Source: an uncultured Alistipes sp. (GTDB lineage Bacteria > Bacteroidota > Bacteroidia > Bacteroidales > Rikenellaceae). From it: 64,000 bases of DNA. The stretch is taken from positions 68,359 through 132,358 of the forward strand of contig CAJTIY010000005.1 in the NCBI GenBank assembly GCA_910576555.1, read 5' to 3'. This document shows, piece by piece, positions 38,096 to 48,762 of this stretch. Every line of letters starts with the position of its first letter. Position 1 is the stretch's first letter. The position numbers and the translations under genes were made by a program. Under the pieces are notes generated by a model. The model was not told the origin of the DNA and ran no database searches. It saw only the letters and a program-made list of their open reading frames with translations.

Positions 38096-39751
38096 TTATT
38101 CGTCGGTCGGTTTCGGCTGCGGGGCATGCGCTTCCCGCGGGCTTCGGTCCTCATTCGCGTCGTTGCGGGGGCTCCGGGGCGTGTCGCCTTGTCCTTCGCT
38201 GCGGGGCCGCCGCGGGCGTTGCCGCTCCGTATGCCCGGCGCGGGTGTCGCCGTTGCGGTGCTGCTTCGGTGCGCCGTTCGCATGGTCGGCGCGTTCGGCG
38301 CCCTCCGGATTGCCGCTCTGACGACGACGGTCGTTCCGGTTGCGCGAACCGTTATCGCGGTTATCGGGCCGATCGGAGCGATTCGGCCGGTCGGTGCGTT
38401 CGCGGCGCGGCCAATCGTTGTTTCTCGATCCCGAAGGGCGAGGAGCTCCCTCCGTGCGGCGCTCGTCGGCGTGCGGAGCACGGGAGCCCTGCGGCGTACC
38501 CTCCGGGCGTTCCGAACGATGCTGCGCGTCGCCCCGGCCTGTGTGTCGCTCCTTCGCATCGGAGCGCTCCGTGCGGCCGTTCTCCCGACGCTCTTCGCGC
38601 GCGTCGCCGTTGCGGCCGTTGCGGCCGCCGCGCTTGCGGCGCTTCGATTTGTCGAAACGCGTGATGCTGTCTTCGTCCGATCCCGAACGATAGGTCGGCT
38701 CCTCGGCTGCGGGACCGAGCTCCTCCGCATCCTGCAGGCGGTCGACCTTCTTCCCGGCGCGGTTGAGCGCGAGAATCTCCTTCACGCGGGCTACCGGGAG
38801 CGTCGTGAGGTTGGCCATCGTATCTTTGGCCGAGGAGAAGGTCATCGTGCCGGCCAGAATGTCGCTCTTGACGAGGAACCATTCGCCGTCGATCGTCAGC
38901 AGCGGCTCGCGCAGTCGCGGGAACTCCTTGCGGGCGTCGACGTAGGCGTCGTACTCGTACATCATGCAGCATTTGAGCTTCGAGCACTGCCCCGCGAGTT
39001 TCTGGGGGTTGAGCGAGATCTCCTGTGCGCGTGCGGCACCCGTCGTGACGCTCGAGAAACTCGAGATCCACGATGCACAGCACAGCTCGCGGCCGCAGGC
39101 GCCCAGTCCTCCGATGCGGCCCGCCTCCTGCCGGGCGCCGATCTGCTTCATCTCGATGCGGATGTGGAACCGCTCGGCGAAGACCTTGATCAGCTCGCGG
39201 AAGTCGACGCGCTCGTCGGCGATGTAGTAGAAGATCGCCTTGATCTTGTCGCCCTGATACTCCACGTCGCCGATTTTCATGTTGAGCCCCATGTCGGCGG
39301 CGATCTGCCGTGCGGCGATCATCGTCTCGTGTTCGAGGGCGATGGCCTCCTGCCAGCGTTCGATGTCGTAGGGCTTGGCCTTGCGGTAGATCTTGCGGAA
39401 CTCGCCGTTGAAGGGGTTGAAGCCCGTGCGGCGCATCTGCTTGGCCACCATGTCGCCCGTGAGCGATACGATGCCGATGTCGTGCCCGGGCGACGCCTCG
39501 ACGGCCACGATGTCGCCGCGCTGCAGGTCGAGGCCGTTGACGTTGCGGTAGAACGAGCGGCGCGTATTCTTGAAGCGCACCTCGAAGATATCGGTGGGGA
39601 TGTTGTCGGGATAACCCTCCATCCACGCCGTTTCGTGGAGTTTGAAGCAGCCGTCGCAGGGCTTGGCTTCGATGTCGGTGCCGTTGTCGCGGAAGGCGCA
39701 GCCGCGGCCTATTTCGGGAATGAATCTATCTTTGTTCTTATCTCGGTCCAT
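38096..39751 (-). CDS. ricT: PSP1-domain protein RicT/YaaT with a long Arg-rich disordered tail
   Basis: EVRFKNTRR, FYYIADERVDFRELIK, QIGARQEAGRIGGLGACGRELCC, KLAGQCSKLKCC. Confidence 0.9.
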   Translation of the reverse strand: MDRDKNKDRFIPEIGRGCAFRDNGTDIEAKPCDGCFKLHETAWMEGYPDNIPTDIFEVRFKNTRRSFYRNVNGLDLQRGDIVAVEASPGHDIGIVSLTGDMVAKQMRRTGFNPFNGEFRKIYRKAKPYDIERWQEAIALEHETMIAARQIAADMGLNMKIGDVEYQGDKIKAIFYYIADERVDFRELIKVFAERFHIRIEMKQIGARQEAGRIGGLGACGRELCCASWISSFSSVTTGAARAQEISLNPQKLAGQCSKLKCCMMYEYDAYVDARKEFPRLREPLLTIDGEWFLVKSDILAGTMTFSSAKDTMANLTTLPVARVKEILALNRAGKKVDRLQDAEELGPAAEEPTYRSGSDEDSITRFDKSKRRKRGGRNGRNGDAREERRENGRTERSDAKERHTGRGDAQHRSERPEGTPQGSRAPHADERRTEGAPRPSGSRNNDWPRRERTDRPNRSDRPDNRDNGSRNRNDRRRQSGNPEGAERADHANGAPKQHRNGDTRAGHTERQRPRRPRSEGQGDTPRSPRNDANEDRSPREAHAPQPKPTDE

Positions 39752-39812
39752 GCGGGGGTCGTATATTTCGGGTAAAGATACGCAAAATTTGCGAATTGCG
39801 CATCGTTGCGGT

Positions 39813-41189
39813 TCACTTTGGCTCCGTCGCGGCGTGCAGCGCGCGGACGCTGCGCCGGATGCGGCGGATGAGCAGCACGGCGGCCGACGAGAGTCCGAAG
39901 GTGAAGCCGAGGAAGAGACCCGCGGGTCCCATGCCCAGCTCGAAGCCGAGCAGGTAGCCCACGGGCAGGTTCAGCAGCCAGTAGGAGACCAGTGCGATCG
40001 GCATGATGACCTTCACGTCCTGAATGCCGCGCAGGATCCCTATCGAGACGTTCTGGATGCCGTCCGAGAGCTGATAGAGGGCCGAGAAGACGAGCAGCTG
40101 GGAGGTGAGGGCGATCACCTCGGCGTTCGTGGTGAAGAGCGTCGGGATCCAGTGGCGCAGCGAGATGAAGACGAGCGCCGCCACGGCGTTCCATGCCAGC
40201 ACGAGGTGGTAGGAGGCCTTCGCCGCGAGCGACAGCTCGCCGATGGCGCGGGCGCCGTAGCAGTGCGACACGCGGATCGTCGTCGCGGCGCCGATCGACA
40301 TCACGATCATGAAGGCGCAGTTGCCCAGCGTCGTGGCGATCTGGTTGGCGCTCATCGCCACCTTCGCCGTGTCGCCGAACCATCCCATCATAAGGCCCGT
40401 GCCGACGAAGGCCGAGGCTTCGAGGAACATCTGGAGCGAGATCGGAAGCCCGATGCCGAGGAGCTTCCGTACGGTGCGGCGCGAGAGGTTGCGCAGCGAG
40501 AAGCCCGCGAGGTAGCTGCGGTAGCGGTCGCGGCTGCAGAAGTAGCCGATCATCAGTATCGGAGCGATGATGCGCGAGAGCAGCGTGCCCATGCCCGCGC
40601 CCACGGCGCCCATTTCGCGGAACCCGAGGTTGCCGTAGATGAACAGCCAGTTGAATCCGATGTTGGCGATATTGGCGATGATCGTCACCGTCATCTCGAC
40701 CTTCGTGTTGCCCACCCCTTCGAGGAACTGCTTGAAGGCGAAGAAGAGCATCAGGAAGGGCATGCTGACCACCAGCAGCCGGTAGTAGGGGATGGCCATG
40801 TCGACCACGTCGACGGGCTGTCCGAGCCGGTAGAGCAGCGGCGTGGCGATCCATTGCGCGAGCCCGAGCCCGATGCCCAGCAGCGTGTAGAAGACGATGG
40901 CGTTCTGCAGCAGATCGCCCGATCGGCGGCGGTCGCCCTGTGCGTAGAGTTCGCCGACGAGGGGCGTGAGGCCCAGCGCGATGCCCACCGCCGCGATGAA
41001 GACGATGAAGAAGACCGCGCCGCCGAACGACACGGCGGCCAGCGGCGTGGGATCGTCGCCGCCGTAGCGGCCGACCATTACGTTGTCGGCGAACTGCGTG
41101 AGGATCTGCCCCAACTGCGTCAGCACGACGGGCAAGGCCAGCCGGAGGTTGGCCTTGTATTGCGTTTTATAGGTTGCGAAGCGGTACAT
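39813..41189 (-). CDS. MATE-family efflux transporter (NorM-like)
   Basis: Start MYRFATYK; LALPVVLTQLGQ...ADNVMVG, about 12 TM, DGIQ...GILRG. Confidence 0.9.
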   Translation of the reverse strand: MYRFATYKTQYKANLRLALPVVLTQLGQILTQFADNVMVGRYGGDDPTPLAAVSFGGAVFFIVFIAAVGIALGLTPLVGELYAQGDRRRSGDLLQNAIVFYTLLGIGLGLAQWIATPLLYRLGQPVDVVDMAIPYYRLLVVSMPFLMLFFAFKQFLEGVGNTKVEMTVTIIANIANIGFNWLFIYGNLGFREMGAVGAGMGTLLSRIIAPILMIGYFCSRDRYRSYLAGFSLRNLSRRTVRKLLGIGLPISLQMFLEASAFVGTGLMMGWFGDTAKVAMSANQIATTLGNCAFMIVMSIGAATTIRVSHCYGARAIGELSLAAKASYHLVLAWNAVAALVFISLRHWIPTLFTTNAEVIALTSQLLVFSALYQLSDGIQNVSIGILRGIQDVKVIMPIALVSYWLLNLPVGYLLGFELGMGPAGLFLGFTFGLSSAAVLLIRRIRRSVRALHAATEPK

Positions 41190-41627
41190 CGATTCTGTGT
41201 TTCGGGCTGCAAAGGTAGCAAATAATCGCAGAATGCCGAAATGGGCCCGGCCGGCGACTGTCGATCGGATTGCCGGGCGGGGGCGGGTGTCGGGGCGGGG
41301 CGCGGCGGATGTCGGGGCGGAGCGGCGGAACCGGTGTGGGGTGTCCGGTGCGGCAGGGCGTGCCGGACAGGGTGCGTCGCGGGCGAGGGGCGTATGTCGG
41401 GGGACGGATGGCTCGGAGGGGCGGGCGGAGCCTGTGGGGCGCATCGAAAAAAACTCCGCCCCGCCGGAGAGAGTTCCGGTGGGACGGAGTCGCGAAGTTC
41501 GGGTCATCAGGGTCGCCTCGCGGGGAGGCGCATGCTGTGAGGAGACGCATGCCGCGGGGCCTATGCCGCGCAAGATCGGAGGCTGTCGGGCGGCGGCGAC
41601 CGTCGCCCGCGTGCGGCGGCCGGCCGG

Positions 41628-44096
41628 TCAGGCGACGCGCAGCCGTACGCCGCTGCGCTTGTCCGATTCGACCACCACCGTGTCGCCCGCCTGCAGACGT
41701 CCTTCGATGATCAGCTCCGAGAGCGGCTCCTCGACGTGGTCGGCGAGCGTGCGCTTCAGGGCGCGGGCGCCGTAGCGCTGCTCGTAGCCCATCGCCGCGA
41801 GACGGCGTTTGGCGCCGCGCGTGATCCGCACCTCGTAGCCCAAGCGGCGCGTGCGGGAGAAGAGCCCCTGCAGCTCCAGATCGACGATGCGCTCCACGTC
41901 GCCGGCCTCCAGCGTGCGGAAGATCACGATGTCGTCGATGCGGTTGAGGAACTCCGGCGCGAAGGTCTGTTCGAGCGCCCGGCGGTACTCGCAGGCGGGT
42001 GCGAGCTCCTCGGTGCCGCTTTTCGACGGCGTGCTGTAGCCGACCTGCTTGGGCCGCTGCACGGTCTCGCGCGAACCGACGTTCGAGGTCATGATCAGGA
42101 TCGTGTTGCGGAAGTCGACCCTGCGGCCCGAGCCGTCGGTGAGGTGTCCCTCGTCGAAGATCTGCAGCAGCGCGTTGAAGACATCGGGATGCGCCTTCTC
42201 GATCTCGTCGAACAGCACCACGGCATAGGGCTGCCGCCGCACGGCCTCGGTGAGCTGGCCCCCGTCGCCGTAGCCGACGTATCCCGGAGGGGCGCCGATC
42301 AGGCGGGCGACGTTGTGCTTCTCGCCGTATTCGCTCATGTCGATGCGGATCAGGCCCCGCTGCTCGTCGAAGAGCCATTTCGAGACCTCTTTGGCCAGCA
42401 GCGTCTTGCCCACGCCCGTAGGTCCGACGAAGAGGAAGACGCCGATCGGACGCCGCTCGTCCTTCAGCCCGGCGCACGAGCGCCGGATCGTCCGCGCGAT
42501 CTTCTCGACGGCCTCCCGCTGTCCCACGACCCGTCCTTCGAGGTGGTCGCGGAGCAGGCGCAGGCGCCGCAGCTCGTTGTCCGAGACCCGCTCGGCCGGG
42601 ATGCCCGTCATGGCGGTCACCACCTGCTGGATGTGCTCGGGCGCGATGGTCGCGGGCCGGGTGTCGAGCGCATGCCGCCACGCCGCGCGCTCCTCGCGCA
42701 GCCTCGTGCGCAGCGCCAGCTCCCGCAGACGTGCCGCCGCGGCCTTTTCGTAGACCAGCGCCTCGACCGCTTCGCGCCGCTCGCGCCGTGCCGCCGCGAG
42801 GTCGGCCTGCGTCGCCCGCAGGGTCTCCGGTTCGCGCGCCGCCTGCAGGTGGGCGCGGGACCCCGCCTCGTCGAGCACGTCGATCGCCTTGTCGGGGAAG
42901 AAGCGGTCGGTGACGTAGCGGTCGGTGAGCGCCACGCAGGCCTGCAGCGCCTCCTCCGTGTAGCGCACCCGGTGGTGCCGCTCGTAGCGGGGGGCGATGT
43001 TGCGCAGGATCTCGAGCGTCTGCTCGGGCGACGTGGGCTCGACCACGATCTTCTGGAAGCGGCGTTCGAGGGCTGCGTCGGCCTCGATGTGCGCGCGGTA
43101 TTCGTCGCACGTCGTGGCGCCGATGGTCTGCAGCTCGCCGCGCGCTAGCGCGGGCTTCAGTATGTTGGCCGTGTCGAGGCTACCCTGCGTCGACCCCGCA
43201 CCGACGATCGTGTGGATTTCGTCGATGAAGATGATCGTGTCCTGCGCCTTGCGCAGCTCGTCGAGCAGCTGCTGCATCCGCTCCTCGAATTCGCCGCGGA
43301 ACTTGGTGCCCGCGACGAGGGCCGAGACATCGAGCGAGAAGAGCGTCTTCCCGGCGATCGTGTAGGGCACCTCGCCCGCGGCGATGCGCAGGGCCAGCCC
43401 CTCGACGATGGCGCTCTTGCCCACGCCCGCCTCGCCGATCAGGATCGGGTTGTTCTTCTTGCGCCGCGAGAGGATCTGCACCACGCGCTCGATCTCCCGT
43501 TCGCGGCCGATCACGGGGTCGATCCTCCCTTCGCGGGCCATGCGCGTGAGGTCGGTGCCGAACCGGTCGAGCAGCTGCGAGGTCGCCCGCGTTTCGGCGG
43601 ACGCCGCGTCGTCGGCGTCGATCGTGCGGATGCGGATTTCGGTGCGCGAGTCGTCGTCGGAGACCAGCTTGCGGAGCTCCTCGCCCACTACCTCGGCGTC
43701 GATACCGTACATTTCGAGGATGCGGGAGGCGGCCGTCGCACGGTCGGCGACGATCGCGCGCAGGGCGTGGGCCGTCGATACGGTCCGCGTCTCCTCCGGG
43801 CTTTCGCGAAGCTCCCTTTCGAAGGCGTCGTAGAACGTCTCGGCGCTTTGCTGCACGGTGCTTTCGCCGGGATGCGCACCCTCGTCGGGCAGTTCGCGCT
43901 CCAGACGCTGGCACACCTGATGCAATTCCCACTCCTTGAGCCGTTCCGAGAGAATACGGTAGGCCAGCGATCCCTCCTCCCGCAGCAGCTCCAGCGCAAG
44001 GAAATCCTTGTGGGAGCGGGTCACCCCCGCTTTGGTCGTGTTGAATGCCGTCCGGGCGATAATCCCTTTGAGCGTTTTCGAAATTTTCATCTGCAT
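41628..44096 (-). CDS. clpC: ATP-dependent Clp protease ATP-binding subunit (ClpC-type, two AAA+ modules)
   Basis: [36 protein letters not shown], middle coiled coil, [25 protein letters not shown]. Confidence 0.92.
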   Translation of the reverse strand: MQMKISKTLKGIIARTAFNTTKAGVTRSHKDFLALELLREEGSLAYRILSERLKEWELHQVCQRLERELPDEGAHPGESTVQQSAETFYDAFERELRESPEETRTVSTAHALRAIVADRATAASRILEMYGIDAEVVGEELRKLVSDDDSRTEIRIRTIDADDAASAETRATSQLLDRFGTDLTRMAREGRIDPVIGREREIERVVQILSRRKKNNPILIGEAGVGKSAIVEGLALRIAAGEVPYTIAGKTLFSLDVSALVAGTKFRGEFEERMQQLLDELRKAQDTIIFIDEIHTIVGAGSTQGSLDTANILKPALARGELQTIGATTCDEYRAHIEADAALERRFQKIVVEPTSPEQTLEILRNIAPRYERHHRVRYTEEALQACVALTDRYVTDRFFPDKAIDVLDEAGSRAHLQAAREPETLRATQADLAAARRERREAVEALVYEKAAAARLRELALRTRLREERAAWRHALDTRPATIAPEHIQQVVTAMTGIPAERVSDNELRRLRLLRDHLEGRVVGQREAVEKIARTIRRSCAGLKDERRPIGVFLFVGPTGVGKTLLAKEVSKWLFDEQRGLIRIDMSEYGEKHNVARLIGAPPGYVGYGDGGQLTEAVRRQPYAVVLFDEIEKAHPDVFNALLQIFDEGHLTDGSGRRVDFRNTILIMTSNVGSRETVQRPKQVGYSTPSKSGTEELAPACEYRRALEQTFAPEFLNRIDDIVIFRTLEAGDVERIVDLELQGLFSRTRRLGYEVRITRGAKRRLAAMGYEQRYGARALKRTLADHVEEPLSELIIEGRLQAGDTVVVESDKRSGVRLRVA

Positions 44097-44418
44097 TGTT
44101 GCGTCGTCTTTTTTTGTTTCGCATAGATAACGCAGGGGCAGGACCCTGTAGTATATGGGCCCTCATACAGACGGCGGTCGTGTATGATGCTGATATATAT
44201 CGTGTTGCTGCTAGGTAGGGCGCGCGGCGCCGATGCCCGAGACGCTGCATCCGGCGGTGTGATTCAGTCGATTATGCGGGCGGAAATGATTGTTCGGTGG
44301 GCGGAAATGTTTAGTGTGTTTTCGGGGCTCTGCGGCTGCGAAAGGTCCGTTTCGACGACGAAACGGGCGTTCCGCGCTATGTCGGAACACCCGTTTTCGG
44401 GACGGGAAGGGTGCGGCG

Positions 44419-44916
44419 TCAGCTCCGCCGGGGCCATTCGCCCACCTCCAAGTCGCGCATCCCGCTTCCGTCGACGACGAGCCGCACGGCGGTGCGGACC
44501 TTGTGGAAGCCGAATTCGCCCGCCGCGCCGGGATTGACGTGCAGCAGTTCGTAGACCGGGTCGTAGATGACCTTCAGGATGTGGGAGTGGCCGGCGATGA
44601 AGAGCTTCGGGCGCAGCGACTGGATCTTCGCCACGGCACGCGGGTCGTAGCGGCGCGGATAGCCCCCGATGTGGGTCATCAGCACGTCGACCTCCTCGCA
44701 GCGGAACGCCGCGAAGTCGGGGTAGACGCGGCGCGTCAGGCCGCCGTCGATGTTGCCGCTCACGGCCCGCAGGGGTTTGAAGGCGGCGATCGTGTCGGCC
44801 AGTTCGAGCGACCCGATGTCGCCCGCATGCCAGATTTCGTCGACGTCGCGCAGGAATTCGCGCAGGCGGTCGTCGAAGGTGCCGTGCGTGTCGGAGATGA
44901 TGCCGATGCGTTTCAT
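44419..44916 (-). CDS. YfcE/MJ0936-family metallophosphoesterase
   Basis: Start MKRIGIISDTH; HAGD, GNID, GHSH, NPGAAG. Confidence 0.9.
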   Translation of the reverse strand: MKRIGIISDTHGTFDDRLREFLRDVDEIWHAGDIGSLELADTIAAFKPLRAVSGNIDGGLTRRVYPDFAAFRCEEVDVLMTHIGGYPRRYDPRAVAKIQSLRPKLFIAGHSHILKVIYDPVYELLHVNPGAAGEFGFHKVRTAVRLVVDGSGMRDLEVGEWPRRS

Positions 44917-44942
44917 GGGCGTTGCGGAGTGCCGGAGGGCGG

Positions 44943-46526
44943 TTACCAGTTGGCGATGTTTTCGTTCATCCACGCTATGCGGGCCGCGTAGACCGATGCG
45001 AGGAGGTCGACCGCCTCGTCGAAGGAGAGCTTCTCGTCCCGGTTGGGGTGGCCCGTATCGATGTTCGGCCAGCGCGCGAAGTTGCGGCGCTCGGCCGCGG
45101 CGATCGCTGCGCGCTCCCGCTCGATGAAGGCGGGGATCTCCTTCAGGAAGGGATACCACTCCTGCCAGCGCCGTTTGATGTCGGCGCGGAACGAGGCGTC
45201 GTTCATCAGCAGGTTCCACCAGTTGTCTGCGTACCACGGGAATTCGTTGTACTGGTAGAAGAGCCCGTAGTTGATCCACTGGGTCTGGGTGTGGGCGACG
45301 AGCGTCTCGTAGTCGAAGTCCCAGATCGGACCGGCGACGAGTTTTCCGCCGCGGTCCTTGTGGAAGTAGATGCTCTTGGGGTGGAGGATTTCGTGGTTGG
45401 CCATCACCTCGAAGCAGATCCAGTAGTCGATCATCGACTCCCGGTCGAGCCACTGGAAGGGATCCGTCGCCGACTGTCCCTTGCCCGCGGCTGCGATCGC
45501 CGCGTCGAGCGTGTTGACGTAGCTCTGGATGTAGTCGAGCCGCTCGGCGGTCATCTCTTCGGGATCGGGCGACTTGATGTTGACGGGGATGTAGGTGCTC
45601 TGCGAACGGAATTTGCAATCCTCGTCGTAGTTGGTGTCGAATTCGAGCAGGTAGCCGCCCGTGAGCGCCTCGCCCGCGTCGTCGCCCGGTTCCATCTCGA
45701 CGATGTCGACGCGGTTTTCGTCGACCTTGATCTGCTCGGTGAGGAGGAACAGACCGTAGTAGGCGCCGTTGAAGTAGAGCTCGGCGTATTCGTTGCGCAC
45801 GGTGTAGGCCAGCTTCGAGTTCCGTCCGATGTGGTAGGCGATGCGGTTGCGCAGGTGCGTGCGGTCCATATAGTTGGCGATCAGGCACCACCGCTTGTGC
45901 TTCGGCATGCCGAGCACCTCGTTTTTCTTGGCGAGCTTCAGCGCGTAGGGTTTCTTCTCCCAGCCCCACGTGGAGTTGCCGCGGCCCTTGACCTCGGTAT
46001 CCATCTCCTCGAGGTCGTCGAAGGCCCCGCCGCCGTCGATCGAGATGCGGGCCGCCACCCATGTCTCTTTGGTGATCTGCTCCTGCGGGATCTGGGTCGT
46101 GATCCGCACGATGGGCATGTAGGGGGTGTTGCGCACGGTGAGGGGCATCGGCGCGATCCGGCCGCCGGCCGCCGTGCAGTTGACCTGCAGCTCCTCGACA
46201 TACTTGCCGCCCACGGCGTCGGCGCTGCGCAGGTCGCGGATCTTCATTTCGTAGAGGCCTTCGCCCGACCGGACGACCGACTGCATGCGGACGTGGGCCG
46301 GTGCGGCGCCCGCGGCGTCGGTCAGCGTGAAGTCTTCGGGGGCGATGTCGGCATCGTCCGGCGTGACGGTGATGCGCACGCTCTTCGTCGCGGCCGGGTC
46401 GAGCACCACTTCCGAGGTCGAAAGCAGGGTCTCGGGGAGGATCGCGGTCTGGGTCTTGTCGTCGCTGCAGGCCGTCGCCGCGAGGGCGCAGAGGGCGAGC
46501 AGCGGGTGGCGGAGGTTTTTCTTCAT
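44943..46526 (-). CDS. CotH kinase-family lipoprotein
   Basis: Lipobox ATAC; KGRGNSTW...KKPYALKL, WCLIANYMDRTHLRN, YYGLFLLTEQIK, GGYLLE, GPIWDFD. Confidence 0.88.
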   Translation of the reverse strand: MKKNLRHPLLALCALAATACSDDKTQTAILPETLLSTSEVVLDPAATKSVRITVTPDDADIAPEDFTLTDAAGAAPAHVRMQSVVRSGEGLYEMKIRDLRSADAVGGKYVEELQVNCTAAGGRIAPMPLTVRNTPYMPIVRITTQIPQEQITKETWVAARISIDGGGAFDDLEEMDTEVKGRGNSTWGWEKKPYALKLAKKNEVLGMPKHKRWCLIANYMDRTHLRNRIAYHIGRNSKLAYTVRNEYAELYFNGAYYGLFLLTEQIKVDENRVDIVEMEPGDDAGEALTGGYLLEFDTNYDEDCKFRSQSTYIPVNIKSPDPEEMTAERLDYIQSYVNTLDAAIAAAGKGQSATDPFQWLDRESMIDYWICFEVMANHEILHPKSIYFHKDRGGKLVAGPIWDFDYETLVAHTQTQWINYGLFYQYNEFPWYADNWWNLLMNDASFRADIKRRWQEWYPFLKEIPAFIERERAAIAAAERRNFARWPNIDTGHPNRDEKLSFDEAVDLLASVYAARIAWMNENIANW

Positions 46527-46545
46527 TTCGGTTCGGAGGCGTTGT

Positions 46546-47817
46546 TCAGTATTTTCCTTTCCAGAGTCGCGCGATCCGTTCGGCGATCTTCGCCTCGGCG
46601 GCGTTCTGGGTGTCGGGTTCGTAGAATTTCGTGCCGCAGAGCGATTCGGGCAGGAACTCCAGTTCGGCGAAGTGTCCGGCGTAGTCGTGGGCGTATTTGT
46701 ATCCTTTGCCGTAGCCCGCCTTGTCCATCAGGCGGGTGGGGGCGTTGCGCAGGTGCAGCGGTACGGGGCGGTTGGTCGTGTCGCGCTCGACCAGCGCGAG
46801 GGCCTTGTTGATGGCCGCGTAGGCCGTGTTGCTCTTGGGGCTCGTCGCGAGGTAGATCGTCGCCTCGGCGAGCGGGATGCGCGCTTCGGGCATGCCGATC
46901 TTGTGCACCGTGTCGAAGCAGGCGTTGGCCAGCAGCAGGGCGTTGGGGTTGGCCAGACCGATGTCCTCCGCGGCGAGGATCACCAGCCGCCGGGCGATGA
47001 AGCGCGGCTCCTCGCCCCCGGCCAGCATGCGCGCGAGGTAGTAGATCGCCGCATTGGGGTCGCTGCCCCGCACCGACTTGATGAAGGCCGAGATGACGTC
47101 GTAGTGCTGCTCGCCGTTCTTGTCGTAGAGGGCGATGTTCTGCTGCAGGCAGTCGGTGACGTAGCGGTCGGTGATCGTCACCTTGCCCTCCGTGGCGCCT
47201 ACGATGATGTCGAGGATGTTGAGCAGCTTGCGCGCGTCGCCCCCGGCGAAGCGGAACAGCGCGCCCGTTTCGACCACCTCGATCGTGCGGGCCTTGAGCT
47301 CGGGGTCGGTCGTCAGCGCGCGGTCGAGGAGCTTGCGCAGGTCGTCGTCCTCCTGCGCTTTGAGGATGTAGACCTGACAGCGGCTCAACAGCGGCGGGAT
47401 CACCTCGAAAGAGGGGTTCTCGGTCGTGGCGCCGATGAGCGTCACGACACCCTGCTCGACGGCTCCGAGCAGCGAGTCCTGCTGCGACTTGTTGAAGCGG
47501 TGGATCTCGTCGATGAACAGGAACGGCGGGCGCTGGTCGAAGAAGCGGCTCTTGCGGGCCGATTCGATCACCTCGCGCACCTCCTTGACCCCCGATGTCA
47601 CGGCCGAAAGCGTGAAGAAGGGGCGGTCGAGCTGCGTGGCCACGATTTTCGCCAGCGTGGTCTTGCCCACGCCCGGCGGGCCCCAGAGGATGAACGAGGG
47701 GACGTTGCCCGTCTCGAAGAATTTGCGGAATACGCCGTTCCGGCCCACGAGGTGTTCCTGCCCGACGTAGTCGTCGAGGGTCGTGGGGCGCAGGCGTTCG
47801 GGAAGGGGTGCGGACAT
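46546..47817 (-). CDS. rarA: Replication-associated recombination protein A (MgsA)
   Basis: PLPERLRP, WGPPGVGKTT, DEIHRFNKSQQD, GATTENPSF, AFIKSVRGSD, ATSPKSN. Confidence 0.96.
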   Translation of the reverse strand: MSAPLPERLRPTTLDDYVGQEHLVGRNGVFRKFFETGNVPSFILWGPPGVGKTTLAKIVATQLDRPFFTLSAVTSGVKEVREVIESARKSRFFDQRPPFLFIDEIHRFNKSQQDSLLGAVEQGVVTLIGATTENPSFEVIPPLLSRCQVYILKAQEDDDLRKLLDRALTTDPELKARTIEVVETGALFRFAGGDARKLLNILDIIVGATEGKVTITDRYVTDCLQQNIALYDKNGEQHYDVISAFIKSVRGSDPNAAIYYLARMLAGGEEPRFIARRLVILAAEDIGLANPNALLLANACFDTVHKIGMPEARIPLAEATIYLATSPKSNTAYAAINKALALVERDTTNRPVPLHLRNAPTRLMDKAGYGKGYKYAHDYAGHFAELEFLPESLCGTKFYEPDTQNAAEAKIAERIARLWKGKY

Positions 47818-47881
47818 GGTCGGGGGGGGATTCAGGCGTCGTGGGTCTCTTTTTCGGCGGGCCGGCGGCGGAGCGGACGGT

Positions 47882-48157
47882 TCAGCATGCGAATTTCTCG
47901 GCTTTCAGCTCGCCCAGCCGCTTCAGCTGCGGCACGAGGGCGGCGAAGTGCGCGGTCCGTTCGTGCGCGGCGAGCGCTTCGGCGTCGCGCCACGTCTCGC
48001 AGATCATCAGCACGTCGGGGCGCGTGGCGCTCTCGAAGAGGTCGTAGGCGATGCAGCCCTCGTCCGCGCGCGAGGCCGCGACGAGCTCCTTCGCCGCGCG
48101 GAGCAGCTCCGCGCGCTCGGAGGCGGCGGTGCGGATGAATACGTTCAGACGGATCAT
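47882..48157 (-). CDS. ABM-domain protein (putative quinol monooxygenase)
   Basis: SRADEGCIAYDLF...ICETW.D...LAAH..TAHF. Confidence 0.85.
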   Translation of the reverse strand: MIRLNVFIRTAASERAELLRAAKELVAASRADEGCIAYDLFESATRPDVLMICETWRDAEALAAHERTAHFAALVPQLKRLGELKAEKFAC

Positions 48158-48477
48158 GGTCGTATGCGTTATAATCGTTCAAAGATACGCTTTTTTCGCG
48201 AAAGACCGCTCGGTTCGCTCCATAATTATCGATGTCCTTCCCGACACGGGTGCTGTTCCGTCGAGCTGCAGGCGGCGCCGGGGCGTTCGTCCGTCGGATG
48301 ATGCGTGGACCGGCGCCTGCGGGAAAGAGGGGCGGCCGCACCGCGTTCGCTCCGGCCGGCTGCGAGGGCCGATTTGCAAGTTCGGGCCGAGTTGCGTATC
48401 TTGCGGATCGTTCGGTGCCGCTTCCGCCGACAGGTGGAGGTGGTCGCCGGCGCGAACCTGCTAAAAATCATTGTGTT

Positions 48478-48762
48478 ATGAATGTAGAGGAACCCTCCGT
48501 CCCGCCCCGCAAGCCGGACGATTTTCTGGTGTGGGCCGTGCTGTGCACCGTTTTTTGCTGCCTGCCGCTGGGCATCGTGTCGATCGTGAAATGCTGTCAG
48601 GTCGACACCTATTGGAGCCGCGGCGATTACGAAGGTGCGCTGCGGGTGGCCTCCGAGGCGCGGAAATGGACCTACTGGGGCTTCGGCATCGCGGTCGGAT
48701 TTTATCTGTTGTATCTGCTCGTCGTCGCCATCGGCGTCGTGCTCGCGCTGCATGCGGCGTAG
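48478..48762 (+). CDS. CD225/dispanin-family membrane protein
   Basis: PDDFLVWAVLCTVFCCLPLGIVSI...GDYEGA...S.EARKW. Confidence 0.85.
   Translation: MNVEEPSVPPRKPDDFLVWAVLCTVFCCLPLGIVSIVKCCQVDTYWSRGDYEGALRVASEARKWTYWGFGIAVGFYLLYLLVVAIGVVLALHAA

Noticed and set aside
44419..46062. 547-aa CotH-phosphoesterase fusion
   Set aside because: The N-terminal extension is an off-frame Arg-rich shadow of cotH; the real start is 44916
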